NCBI RefSeq assembly: GCF_050320075.1
Contig: NZ_CP190018.1
DNA from: Escherichia coli
GTDB taxonomy: Bacteria; Pseudomonadota; Gammaproteobacteria; Enterobacterales; Enterobacteriaceae
DNA: 64,000 bases
Reading direction: 5' to 3' (one strand)
Part shown: piece after piece, positions 1-9,811 of the stretch
Layout of the letters: each line of letters opens with the position of its first letter
How positions within the stretch are numbered: position 1 is the first letter of the stretch
Notes under the pieces: generated by a model
What the model was told of the DNA's origin: nothing
Databases searched by the model: none
Seen by the model: the letters and a program-made list of their open reading frames with translations, nothing else
Translations under genes and position numbers: made by a program

Positions 1-256
1 ACATTTTTATATCTGTCAGGTTACTTCATTATGAAAACTGATCATCATCGTTGTTTTTGTTGCAATAGTAGAATACGCGTATTTATTCCTCCATCTCTAT
101 TAATAACGGCAATAAACTGTTCACTTCACTGATATTTAAAATATGTATCCTTTTCAAGCTGTTCAGCGGCGTAAGAAAAAGTATTAATTATGAATTCGAT
201 GATTTAACCATATCTGTCTGATTGGTAATCATCCGTGATTAATGCTGGTCTATTGA

Positions 257-1177
257 TTACGCCAGAACCCTCTCTAGCTTATTCACCGCCGCCACATACT
301 TCGCCGGATTTTTATCTTTAAGCACCGCCAGATTGCGTTGCTTCCAGCGAATAGCCGGAAGATGCTGAATTTCAGGATAGCGATACCGCGACCAGTCAGG
401 GCTGTTTTGCTTAAAACTGAGCAAGAACTCGCGATCCAGATCCGTAAGATGTGACTTCAACGCCTGCGGCAGCAAAGTCGTTACTGACAGAAGCGATTCC
501 AGCGACGTTTCCTGTTGCGTCATCCCTGAAAATTCCTGCGCGTACAACGTGGCGATCCGCTCTGTATCCCAGTTTGGAGCCAGCAACTCGGCGATGGGGC
601 GGGGATGGCCTGCCAGATAACAAAGAAAACCGTCAAAGATCTCCCGCATCAGTCCCGGTTTCTCCAGCATATTCAGCACATCAAACAGATCGCGCGGGTG
701 CTGACGATCAAGCGCAGCGCAGATTTTACCGCCATAAAGATCCGCCAGCGAGACGACACTCATGGTGGTGAAGCCATACTCCATTTCCACACGTTCGCAC
801 ACAGGCATTTCTGCCGGAGGCAACAACAGCCCGCGCCAGACCGGGCTAACCTCGATCTTAATCTTTGCATCAGCGGTATTCACAATGATGCGCTTTTCAT
901 CCGCTTTATTTTCCTGCCGAATCGCGGTGATCCCCGGTCTGCCGTTCAGCGATGCAGTAATCCTCTTCAAAGCGTCGTTGATAGCCGCCAAATCAGTATC
1001 GCGATCCGCAAAGCTCTTGTACGCCAGATCAATATCCACCGACAGACGGGGAAAATCCTGCACAAACAAATTGATTGCGGTGCCGCCTTTCAACGCGAAA
1101 CAGGACTCCTTCGCCACATACGGCAGAGCGGCCATCAACAGTTTGACCTGCCGGGCATAGCTATCACGCAGATCCAT
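257..1177 (-). CDS. abiEii: AbiEii-like nucleotidyltransferase toxin (type IV TA / abortive infection)
   Basis: 306-aa ORF; N-terminal 'KGGTAINLF...DIDL' nucleotidyltransferase-type motif typical of AbiEii/DUF1814; 14-nt overlap with upstream partner gene. Confidence 0.65.
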   Translation of the reverse strand: MDLRDSYARQVKLLMAALPYVAKESCFALKGGTAINLFVQDFPRLSVDIDLAYKSFADRDTDLAAINDALKRITASLNGRPGITAIRQENKADEKRIIVNTADAKIKIEVSPVWRGLLLPPAEMPVCERVEMEYGFTTMSVVSLADLYGGKICAALDRQHPRDLFDVLNMLEKPGLMREIFDGFLCYLAGHPRPIAELLAPNWDTERIATLYAQEFSGMTQQETSLESLLSVTTLLPQALKSHLTDLDREFLLSFKQNSPDWSRYRYPEIQHLPAIRWKQRNLAVLKDKNPAKYVAAVNKLERVLA

Positions 1178-1967
1178 CTTCGACTCCTTCCGGTTTAAAT
1201 GCGCGTGGAACAGTAATTTGATAATCCGGCTCCAGCCAGCCGCCGGGTATGATTTGCCGCTTTCCCGTACCTGTTTCTATACCGCTTTGATCAATATACT
1301 GAAAATAAGGGTGTCCATTACGCCGGGCAAGGTAAAGCATCACCCGGTTGGTTTTAACCGAATGGCTGGCGCGAAGCAGTGCCTGCAATTTGCGTGGGCT
1401 GAGAAGATTCAACCCCTGAAACAGAGCATCGGCATGTTCGAACGAGATTAACGAAGGAACGCCGCAGGCGATCTCATACGCGGCCAGTTCCGGAACACTG
1501 CCTGCTAACTGGCGGTCGCCAATTTTCAGTTCCGTAGTAAATGGCGTTACATCAGCGGTAAGGCCTGACGTATACAGCGTGACAAACGTTGCGGATTGTT
1601 CAAAGGCAGAAAACCATCCCGGCAGTTTGACGTAAGCCGGAAGCGCGAGCCAGACCTGCGGCTTACCCTGTTCGGTATAGTGCGCATGACCCTGAAGCGC
1701 AAGGCTGGTTAGCCCCGCCACCCGAACAGGCTTTTCCCACTGCGATTGCAGGCAGTAAACCGCATCCACCCAATCCGGTTCACGACCCGTCCGGCAGTAT
1801 ACGCCGTGAGCGATCCGCCTGAGCCAGCCATTCTTCACATAGAGATAAGAGAGCTTACGATCTATGCCGTTGCGGGTAAGCCATGACTGGAGCAGCACCT
1901 GGCCGGGTAGCGTGTGCTGCATCAGCCAGTTTAGATAGTTTGGCAACTGTCGCCTCTGAATAGACAT
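1164..1967 (-). CDS. abiEi: AbiEi-like antitoxin/transcriptional regulator
   Basis: 267-aa ORF immediately upstream of and overlapping abiEii; size and operon position typical of AbiEi; assignment rests mainly on context. Confidence 0.5.
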   Translation of the reverse strand: MSIQRRQLPNYLNWLMQHTLPGQVLLQSWLTRNGIDRKLSYLYVKNGWLRRIAHGVYCRTGREPDWVDAVYCLQSQWEKPVRVAGLTSLALQGHAHYTEQGKPQVWLALPAYVKLPGWFSAFEQSATFVTLYTSGLTADVTPFTTELKIGDRQLAGSVPELAAYEIACGVPSLISFEHADALFQGLNLLSPRKLQALLRASHSVKTNRVMLYLARRNGHPYFQYIDQSGIETGTGKRQIIPGGWLEPDYQITVPRAFKPEGVEDGSA

Positions 1968-2261
1968 TAGTACAAATATTTAAACCAGTGTAGATTCAGG
2001 GATACGCCACAGCAAGAAATAGTTTACTTATTCCTCATTTTGTCGACTAAAAATCGACATTAAACAAAAAATTCAAACTTAATCACTTTCGGGAAAAATG
2101 TGACAAATATATGCTCGGACTGGTTGCGGGGAGCGTGTAACATGGATACAAATCAAAATTATTGCCAGCCTCACTGATGGATTACTGGTGTCAAGAGCCC
2201 CCCTTCGGGCATGAAACGGCTGGCTAATTCTGTACAGACTGTAATCTAAGGACGATAACGC

Positions 2262-5200
2262 ATGACATATCAGGCAATTTTCACTGGCTGGGATGATCTG
2301 ACGATTGAAGACCTTCTGGTCGCTTACCGGAAAGCAAAAGCCGATAGCTTCTTTGAGAATACATTTCCTGTTGCTATCAAATTTGCCGAGTATGAGCAGG
2401 AATTACTTGAAAACCTGCAAAAACTCTTAGATCTTTTGCAGAGCGAAGATGGATTCAGTAGCAATAAGAAGTTGATTGGCAAATTTCGATTGTTACCGAA
2501 AAAATTAACCACAAAGAAAAAACATGAATCCCAAAATGGACACGTCCACTTTTCTAATCCTAAACGAGCAGCCGACCATTTATTTAATAATTTTGATCTG
2601 ATACCAGAGTTTCGTATTATTGGTGACTTCCCGGTTGATAGTCACATTATCTCTGCACTATGGATTAACATGGTCGGGCATAAATTTGATGCCAGCTTAG
2701 ATAACTGTTGCTATGGCGCGCGGCTAAAGCGTATTCGTAATGATGAATTATTTAGCAATGAGCAGGATAATCCATTCCATATCAGTGCCGTGGGTTCTTT
2801 TAGCCCCTACTTCCAGCCCTACCAAAAATGGCGTGGTGATGGCTTAAAAGCTATACGTGACGAGTTGGAAAAAGATCGTGACATTATCGCCGCCTCACTG
2901 GATTTAAAAAGTTACTATCATTTTATTGATCCACTGGCTATAACCTCTGATGATCTCTATAACACACTAAACATAAAACTGACTGAGGATGAAAAAGCGT
3001 TTACTGCACAGTTAGCAGTATTCTTAAAGCACTGGTCTGACGGCGCAGCGGCATTTGGAAAGAAAATAGCGTACAAAACACCTGTTATTAATGGTGGTCT
3101 GGTCATTGGATTAACAGCCAGTCGGATCATTTCAAATATATTGCTACACCATTGGGATAAATTAGTCATTGAAAAACTATCACCAATTCACTACGGTCGT
3201 TATGTCGATGATATGTTCCTTGTAATACGCGATACAGGGACAATTACTAATAATCACGAATTTATGTTATTGCTGCAAGATAGGCTTGGCAATGATTGCG
3301 TTTATTTGAAAAACGAGCAAAAACAAATATGGCAAATACAGCAGGGCGAGCATTTCCAGGGTAAGACCACCATCCAGTTACAATCCGATAAGCAAAAACT
3401 TTTCGTGCTTCAAGGGAGGGCTGGAATAGACCTGCTCGACAGTATCGAAAAGGAGATCTACGAGCTTTCTAGTGAACACCGCTTGATGCCTTCACCGGAT
3501 CAACTGGAACACTCCACCGCAGCTAAAGTCCTTTCCGCTGCCGGTAGTGTAGGTGAAAATGCCGATACTCTGCGCCGTGCGGATGGATTAACCATTCGTC
3601 GTTTGGGCTGGTCACTGCAATTACGCTACGTTGAAACACTGGCACGAGATCTGCCTCCAAGTGAATGGAAAGAACAGCGGGAAGAGTTTTATCAGTTTGC
3701 CTACAACCATATTCTTAGGGCTGATAATCTATTTGCACATTTTAGTTATCTGCCAAGGCTGCTTGGCTTTGCTATCAGTATGAATGAATGGCAGCACGCG
3801 GAAAAAATTGTACTTAAAGCTTACGAATCCATCAACCTGTTGGCATCGGTGATTACTTCAGGTAAGGAAGTGAATATAAATGGTTGCAAAACTCGAGCAG
3901 TAAATGATCTTTGGCGCTGTATAAAAGGCACATTAAGCTGGCTATTTGTTGATGCAGCGACACGATATTACAGTCCTGACAGATTATTTCTTGATAAACG
4001 TTCAAAGAAAGAAGAGTGCCTTGCGGATACATTTTTTAATCATATTTCACAAAGTCTGACGAATCTAAAGGATTTACTGGATCTTCGCTTTGATTCAGCA
4101 GATTTTTATTTAAAAGCGCCATTGGTAGCTCGAGCTGATTTAGCAAAGGAACCTTATAAACAGATCGTAAAGAGTCAGTCGGCAGAAAAACTTGTTAATC
4201 AGCGTGATAGTAAAAAAGAAGTTAAAATACTGAAATTAATGAGCGACTCATCGCTTATTGATATTGACGTTATTAAGCTATTTTTGAAATCAACCAAGAA
4301 TACCCGACTGGAAAAAGTGGCTAAAGGAAATCGTAAGAACGAAAGTTACCTACCTTACATTTTCCCTACACGTCCTTTAACACCCGCTGAAATATCAGAA
4401 CTGGCCCCCGAATGTGTTGGATTACCCTCCACATCCGACAAAAAACCAGATGAGAGACCGTCCACCATTTGGGCAAAATATACTCAAGCATTACGCGGAG
4501 TATGGATCAAACCGACGTTGCTAGCATCGGAGCAGGACTCAGATGAAGCGACAAAAAAAGCTCGGCCTAAGAAATTCATTCATATTGGCACAGACAGGAA
4601 ACATAAAGTTGTCGTTGCGCTAACCAGCATTAAAACAGAGGAGGACGACTGGGCTAAAATGGCCTGCAATAAATCTAACTTGTCCCGTTCAAGGTACCAG
4701 CGGATTTCTGAACTGGTTAATGCAACATTGAAACTATCTCCTAAACCTGATTATGTTTTATTCCCTGAGCTTTCAATCCCGTTACGCTGGGTTAACAGTA
4801 TTGCTGATCGTTTGAGTTCGGCGGGTATCAGTCTAATTGCGGGAACAGAATACCGCCACTTAGACGATAATCAACTGAAGAGTGAGGCCGTACTTGTCCT
4901 TTCAGATAACAGACTCGGCTATCCAGCGAGTGTCAAAATATGGCAACCCAAGCTGGAACCCGCCGTAGGTGAAGATGAGGCATTATTTTCAATTTATGGT
5001 AAGTCTTGGGATTCGACACTTAATGTTAAACAACGTAAGCCGGTATATATTCATCACGGCGTCAATTTTGGCGTTATGATTTGCTCTGAACTCCAGAATA
5101 GTAAAGCGAGGATCCGTTTTCAGGGCGCACTCGATGCATTAATGGTATTGAGCTGGAATAAAGATCTAGATACGTTTGCATCGTTGATTGAATCAGCAGC

Positions 5201-5471
5201 GCTGGATATTCATGCCTATACTATTTTAGTGAATAACCGAAAATACGGCGATAGTCGCGTACGTTCCCCGGCAAAAGAACCCTTTATGCGTGATATTGCT
5301 CGTGTGAAGGGCGGTGATAATGACTTTGTGGTCGCTGCAACGCTGGATATCGACTCGTTAAGGGCATTTCAGAGCAGGGCAAAACGCTGGCCTAAAGGCG
5401 GCGATAAATTCAAACCGTTACCTGAAGGATTCCAGTTGGCAAAGAACCGCAAAAAGCTACCGCCAAAATAA
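2262..5471 (+). CDS. Reverse transcriptase-nitrilase fusion protein (defence-associated RT, DRT type 1 / UG1-like)
   Basis: 1069-aa ORF; RT motifs A 'SLDLKSYYHF' (aa ~211-220), B 'NGGLVIGLTASRIISNILL' (aa ~277-295), C 'YVDD' (aa 314-317, nt 3201-3212); C-terminal carbon-nitrogen hydrolase signature 'FPELSIP' (E836) and 'GVMICSE' (C941); divergent from AbiE pair. Confidence 0.7.
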   Translation: MTYQAIFTGWDDLTIEDLLVAYRKAKADSFFENTFPVAIKFAEYEQELLENLQKLLDLLQSEDGFSSNKKLIGKFRLLPKKLTTKKKHESQNGHVHFSNPKRAADHLFNNFDLIPEFRIIGDFPVDSHIISALWINMVGHKFDASLDNCCYGARLKRIRNDELFSNEQDNPFHISAVGSFSPYFQPYQKWRGDGLKAIRDELEKDRDIIAASLDLKSYYHFIDPLAITSDDLYNTLNIKLTEDEKAFTAQLAVFLKHWSDGAAAFGKKIAYKTPVINGGLVIGLTASRIISNILLHHWDKLVIEKLSPIHYGRYVDDMFLVIRDTGTITNNHEFMLLLQDRLGNDCVYLKNEQKQIWQIQQGEHFQGKTTIQLQSDKQKLFVLQGRAGIDLLDSIEKEIYELSSEHRLMPSPDQLEHSTAAKVLSAAGSVGENADTLRRADGLTIRRLGWSLQLRYVETLARDLPPSEWKEQREEFYQFAYNHILRADNLFAHFSYLPRLLGFAISMNEWQHAEKIVLKAYESINLLASVITSGKEVNINGCKTRAVNDLWRCIKGTLSWLFVDAATRYYSPDRLFLDKRSKKEECLADTFFNHISQSLTNLKDLLDLRFDSADFYLKAPLVARADLAKEPYKQIVKSQSAEKLVNQRDSKKEVKILKLMSDSSLIDIDVIKLFLKSTKNTRLEKVAKGNRKNESYLPYIFPTRPLTPAEISELAPECVGLPSTSDKKPDERPSTIWAKYTQALRGVWIKPTLLASEQDSDEATKKARPKKFIHIGTDRKHKVVVALTSIKTEEDDWAKMACNKSNLSRSRYQRISELVNATLKLSPKPDYVLFPELSIPLRWVNSIADRLSSAGISLIAGTEYRHLDDNQLKSEAVLVLSDNRLGYPASVKIWQPKLEPAVGEDEALFSIYGKSWDSTLNVKQRKPVYIHHGVNFGVMICSELQNSKARIRFQGALDALMVLSWNKDLDTFASLIESAALDIHAYTILVNNRKYGDSRVRSPAKEPFMRDIARVKGGDNDFVVAATLDIDSLRAFQSRAKRWPKGGDKFKPLPEGFQLAKNRKKLPPK

Positions 5472-5633
5472 GAAACTGATTTTCGCTATTAATAATCAGG
5501 GTATTTTTGCGTGAGATGTTGGTAAACATGATGTAGCCCTTGCCACTCATGACCAATCGCAGTATCTTTCTCCCGCGCCTGCAAAATCAGGCGTCGGGAT
5601 TAGCCTCCTGAAGAAATCTTATCGGCGACACAT

Positions 5634-5654
5634 GACGCGCCAGCGTCTTTTTTT
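5634..5654 (+). terminator. Rho-independent terminator downstream of RT-nitrilase gene
   Basis: Hairpin gacgc-gcca-gcgtc followed by a run of 7 T. Confidence 0.5.
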
Positions 5655-5817
5655 GTGTTGTTCGCACGGTTACATCTCAATGGTGGGCCGGGCGGGGGCG
5701 TCGCAAGACGCGCCAGTGTCCGATAAGGCTGGTAAGGCTAACCCTGCCCGGTTCCACCACCCGCGAGATTAGCCTCTCCGGTGGTGGCTTGAACACCCAC
5801 TTATCGGAGGTTGCCCT

Positions 5818-6288
5818 ATGGCTACAATCCTCACCACTGACAGCGATTTACTCGATCTATTGACCGTCCCCTTCAATGCCACCACGGATTTCACTGTCCT
5901 TGCTGACTACTGCGCCCGCTTTGCCGAAACCCTGATTGAAACCGACGATCCAGCGCTACGACTGGCGCTCTGCGGGCGGCTTCACGCGGCTCTTGCGCTA
6001 CTGCAACCCACACTACACGACCCCATCCCACCGCATCTTACCGAAAGCCTGACCGTGGATACCCTTCCCGCCACACCAGAGCACTTTATTTCCGAACCTG
6101 ATTCCTTGTGCGAATACTGCCTCGCACTACTCCAGCTTCTGCTGGAACGTCCGGCGGAACCAAAAATGGAGCAAACCCTGACCGGGCTGCTGTGTGAGCT
6201 GGTCTGGTATTTCACGGAAGGACTCAAAGCCCCACGCTGGCTGCGTACCGCCGACGGCGTAAAATTTATCAGCGAGGTGGCCGCATGA
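5818..6288 (+). CDS. Hypothetical protein (156 aa), no family recognised
   Basis: Clean ORF preceded by GGAGG-like SD; Leu/Ala/Thr-rich acidic protein; preceded by a GC-rich repeat-structured leader. Confidence 0.4.
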   Translation: MATILTTDSDLLDLLTVPFNATTDFTVLADYCARFAETLIETDDPALRLALCGRLHAALALLQPTLHDPIPPHLTESLTVDTLPATPEHFISEPDSLCEYCLALLQLLLERPAEPKMEQTLTGLLCELVWYFTEGLKAPRWLRTADGVKFISEVAA

Positions 6289-6425
6289 TGCAACAGGACT
6301 GGCATTCCGCCGACATTATTGCGGTGCTGAAAAAGCGGGGAACGCCTCTGGCGGCACAGAGAAAAACTCATTGCGGAAGCGCTGTAAATATCGCCAGAAA
6401 TCATCTGGCCTTCAAGGTACTTTGA
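6285..6425 (+). pseudogene. Ner/Nlp-like HTH regulator, N-terminal fragment
   Basis: ATGA-coupled to previous ORF; first ~24 aa '[24 protein letters not shown]' match Ner/Nlp family N-terminus, then diverges and terminates after 46 aa. Confidence 0.35.
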
Positions 6426-6637
6426 TAGCAAAGGCAAGCAGGCTGGTTCAGTCCAGTGTTTCTCTTCTTGCATTTTCAGAAATGGGAGGCTGGGAGTCTA
6501 TCGAAATGGTTCGTCGATATGCTCACCTCGCGCCTAATCACCTTACCGAACACGCACGGCAAATAGACTCAGTCCTGAACCCATCGGTCCCAAATTTGTC
6601 CCAGTCAAAAAATAAGGAAGGTACTAATGATGTGTAA
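6371..6637 (+). pseudogene. Tyrosine integrase 3' fragment (C-terminal catalytic-Tyr region only)
   Basis: Translation '[31 protein letters not shown]' parallels the C-terminus of the intact lambdoid integrase at 54542-55702 ('[31 protein letters not shown]'); no N-terminal or core domains present. Confidence 0.6.
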
Positions 6638-6667
6638 CTTATTGATTTTAATGGTGCGATAAGAGGA
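6638..6667. repeat. Degenerate att-like sequence (relic of tRNA-Thr 3' end junction)
   Basis: 'cttattgattttaatggtgcgataagagga' vs 'ctacttgatttaaatggtgccgataatagga' at the int-tRNA junction 55703-55733; ~85% identity, same position relative to integrase stop. Confidence 0.5.
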
Positions 6668-6789
6668 ATGAATATTGCAAGTTAACGCATTGATTTATAA
6701 TAGATTATTATATTCAAAAAATATAACTATACACATATCTATACACACTGCGCGCATCGCTTGTTTTTCGCACAATTAAAAATAAGAAA

Positions 6790-7092
6790 AAAGTTTTTTT
6801 TCGAAAGAACTGTTCACACTGTTCACCTTTCTGTTTTCTCCTTTTATTTCAGTTTGATAGGTGGTGAATAATGGGTGAATGGTGAACATTCGATTCTTCA
6901 CCTCCGGCATTCTGCCGGTGTGACTCATACCGGTGATTAATCCCCCGTACTGAAATCACACAGGGAGAAAAAAAGTTTTTTTTGATTTGATTGTTCACAC
7001 TGTTCACCTTTCATTTTTCTCTTTTAATTTCAGTGTGATAACGGGTGAATATACGGTGAAGGGTGAACAGTGGATTGTTCACCTTCGGGGAA
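6790..7092. repeat. P4 crr-like cis replication region: two ~120-bp direct repeats with TGTTCACC/GGTGAACA octamers
   Basis: Unit 1 ~6790-6900 and unit 2 ~6970-7092 share 'aaagtttttttt...ttgttcacactgttcaccttt...ttcagt(t/g)tgata...gggtgaa...ggtgaaca'; octamer is the P4 alpha-binding iteron. Confidence 0.65.
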
Positions 7093-7100
7093 TTCAGGGA

Positions 7101-7126
7101 TAAAAAAAGACCGGCAGATGCCGGTC
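7101..7126 (-). terminator. Rho-independent terminator after alpha
   Basis: Hairpin gaccggca-gatg-ccggtc followed by T-run on minus strand, just downstream of alpha stop. Confidence 0.6.
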
Positions 7127-7142
7127 AGATGAGTCATGATGG

Positions 7143-9476
7143 TCAGGTTGTTGCAGGGTCGTCACATTTTGGCAGCCAGTCGCCGTAGCTTTCCTCTTTC
7201 AGCGTCAGGTTGGTCTGTATCCCCTGTTTGGTATGGCGCTTCTCGTAATTCAGTCCGTATTCCTTCAGCATCACCGGCAGCCCCAGCCCGAACATTTTCA
7301 GACTGAGTACATTCCGGTAGCCGTTTGCCTCCATGTAGGCCAGATAGGCGTGATAGAGGTATTTACGGTAATTACGCGGGATGATACTGGCGTTCCCCAT
7401 ATACATGCCGCTGGTCTGCGGCAGGGTTTCCAGATAGCCGATAAAATCAAACGTCGGGTCGGCATCCCGTTTGATGTTCAGCGCCTCGTCTGAGTTCTGC
7501 TGGGACTGAAGCAGTGACCGGGCGAGCATCGGGTCGCTGAACTTCTGCATCAGGTGACGCACGATGACCGCCAGCTCGCGGGTGATTTTGTCCTTAAGCT
7601 GCGGGTCGCGCTCCTGCGGGGCTATCTGTTCCGGGAAGTGAATAATCACCCGCCGGCGTGACACGCCGCCGCTGCGGTCGGTGAAGCGCATCGGGTTATT
7701 GTTCACGGCCAGAATTACCGCCGGGATATGCGTGGAGTATGCATCCCGGTATTTCGGGTCAACGGACACCGCATCGCCGCCGGTGATGGCCTTGAGTCCG
7801 GCACCGTCGCCGCTCCATTTTTCCTGGTCCGGCAGGCGTATCAGTGAGAAGCCAGTTAACGCGGCACGTTCACGCGGGGATTCCAGCGTCTCGATGGTGG
7901 CCGACGTGGCGTTATCCTCCCCGGCCAGCAGGGTGGCTATTTCGGCCATGATACTTTTGCCGCTGCCGCCGGGACCGGTCACCTCCAGAAAGAGCTGCCA
8001 GTCGTAGCGGTTTGCCAGCACCATAAACAGTGCGGCCAGAATCACGTCGCGTTTTTCCGCACGGCCACCGGCGGCACGGTCAAGCCAGCGCCAGAACGCG
8101 GGGGCGTGGGTCTCCAGCGTTTCACCGTCCACCGGCGGGGTGAAATCCACATCGCACAGGGTGCGCATCCAGTGTGACGGACTGTGCGGGTGGAACGTGC
8201 CGTTCTGCGTGTCGAGCACGCCGTTACGAAAGCCAATCAGGCGGCGGGAGGGGGCTTCCTGCTGCGGAATAATCAGCTTCAGGGTGTCCACCACGGAGGC
8301 CACCTTCCCGGAGGAGAACGGCGCGCGCAGACGCTGAAACAGCCCGGCCACATCCCGGGCAAAGTCCTGTGGTGGCAGCACCTTCCAGACACCATTTTCA
8401 TAACGGGACAGAAGCTGGCCGTTGGCATCGACCGCGAGCGCCTCGCCGTAATGCTCATAGATACGCATGGCCTTTTCGCTGGTACTCATGGCGGAAAACT
8501 CCGCTTCGCTCATGGTGTCGAACGGGCTTTCAGCCGGTGGCCGGATGGCATCATAAATGGCCTTACGGGTGGCTTCCCCGCCGTACTGCGTGAAGGCATC
8601 ATTCCAGTCACCGAAGACCGGCGGCAGGGCAACAACGCCCTCACACGCATCTGCGGCTGCGGCGGCTTTTTTCTGGCCGTCACCGCTGAGGTCACGGTCT
8701 GCGGCAAGGACAATCTGACAGGCCGGATGCTTCTGCCGGGCAAGGCTGGCCAGAGAAAGGAGGTTCACGGAAGAAAGCGCCACCATCACCGTTTCACCGG
8801 TCAGGTGATGTACGGTAAGTGCGGTCGCGTATCCCTCCGCTATCCACAGACGTTTTCCGGCCTGATTCTGTCCTTCAAGGGTGTGACAGGTGCCCCTGAC
8901 CTGTCCGCCTTTCAGGGTGCGCTTACGGCCGTCAGCACTGATTAACTGAAGGTTAACCAGTTCGCCGCTGTCGTCATACAGTGGCACCACAAGGTCACCG
9001 GCACGCCAGCTCACGCCACCGGCTCTGTGTGTGCCGGTCAGCATCCGGCATTCCCGGCCGGGAAAGCCCTTGCGGGTCAGGTAGGCGTTACCGGTTCCGG
9101 GACGGGTTTTCGCCATCAGGGTTTGTGCCAGTGCGGCGGCGTTCTTCCGGGCAGCGTCTGTTTCAGCACCGGCGGCAGCCGTCACTGCCGGGTCAGCCGG
9201 GGGCAGGCTGCCGGTCACGGCAGCCACCTTTGCTGCCGCGTCGGACGGGGAAACACCAAACACCTTTTCAACCAGTTTCAGGCCGTCACCGGCACCACAC
9301 TGATTGCAGTACCAGGTGCCGCGCCCCTCCCTGTCATCAAAACGGAAGCGGTCACTCCCGCCACAGACCGGACAGGGCTGATGACGGTTTTTCAGCACCT
9401 GAATCCCCAGCGCCGGGAGAATACGCGGCCAGTGGCCGAGCGCATGGCTGACGGTGGCGGTTACGTTCATTTTCAT
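7143..9476 (-). CDS. P4 alpha-type primase/helicase replication protein
   Basis: 777 aa; N-terminal zinc-binding 'CPVCGG...CNQCG' primase region; Walker A 'GPGGSGKS'. Confidence 0.85.
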   Translation of the reverse strand: MKMNVTATVSHALGHWPRILPALGIQVLKNRHQPCPVCGGSDRFRFDDREGRGTWYCNQCGAGDGLKLVEKVFGVSPSDAAAKVAAVTGSLPPADPAVTAAAGAETDAARKNAAALAQTLMAKTRPGTGNAYLTRKGFPGRECRMLTGTHRAGGVSWRAGDLVVPLYDDSGELVNLQLISADGRKRTLKGGQVRGTCHTLEGQNQAGKRLWIAEGYATALTVHHLTGETVMVALSSVNLLSLASLARQKHPACQIVLAADRDLSGDGQKKAAAAADACEGVVALPPVFGDWNDAFTQYGGEATRKAIYDAIRPPAESPFDTMSEAEFSAMSTSEKAMRIYEHYGEALAVDANGQLLSRYENGVWKVLPPQDFARDVAGLFQRLRAPFSSGKVASVVDTLKLIIPQQEAPSRRLIGFRNGVLDTQNGTFHPHSPSHWMRTLCDVDFTPPVDGETLETHAPAFWRWLDRAAGGRAEKRDVILAALFMVLANRYDWQLFLEVTGPGGSGKSIMAEIATLLAGEDNATSATIETLESPRERAALTGFSLIRLPDQEKWSGDGAGLKAITGGDAVSVDPKYRDAYSTHIPAVILAVNNNPMRFTDRSGGVSRRRVIIHFPEQIAPQERDPQLKDKITRELAVIVRHLMQKFSDPMLARSLLQSQQNSDEALNIKRDADPTFDFIGYLETLPQTSGMYMGNASIIPRNYRKYLYHAYLAYMEANGYRNVLSLKMFGLGLPVMLKEYGLNYEKRHTKQGIQTNLTLKEESYGDWLPKCDDPATT

Positions 9477-9490
9477 GGTGTTGTTCTCCT

Positions 9491-9811
9491 TCAGTGCAGT
9501 ACCGGCGCTTTTATGTGACGGGCACAGAGTTCATCCATCACAACCAGCCCGAGAAAGGACAGCGACGGCGCGGCCTTCAGGGGGCCGGATTCCATTAAAT
9601 CTTCCAGCAGGGCACAGGCTATCTGACGCCCTTTTTCCTCACCGTGCTGGCGCAGATAAAAGCCTTCCAGCTCAGCGGCGATGGCCGCCTCCAGTGATTC
9701 AAGGGTGAGATGCGGGTAGCGGTGCTGACGTTCGCACACGGTCAGCCAGGCACAGGCGACAGCGCGACGGTAAAGGGCTGCGCGTAAGACGGGCGGTAAG
9801 GGTGTTTTCAT
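9491..9811 (-). CDS. P4 orf106-like hypothetical protein
   Basis: 106-aa ORF between alpha and orf151-like gene, matching P4 gene order and size. Confidence 0.5.

Larger units (their letters stand above)
1..6637. mobile_element. Decayed integrative-island remnant (distal unit of tandem array at tRNA-Thr) carrying defence cargo
   Basis: Accessory genes (AbiE pair, RT-nitrilase) followed by Ner-like and integrase gene fragments and a degenerate att-like sequence at 6638-6667; left boundary not determinable inside the window. Confidence 0.4.

Noticed and set aside
8184-8945. 253-aa plus-strand ORF (and several others, e.g. 7233-7493, 8981-9518) inside the alpha gene
   Set aside because: Antisense ORFs embedded in a well-supported 777-aa gene in GC-rich DNA; no SD or independent support.
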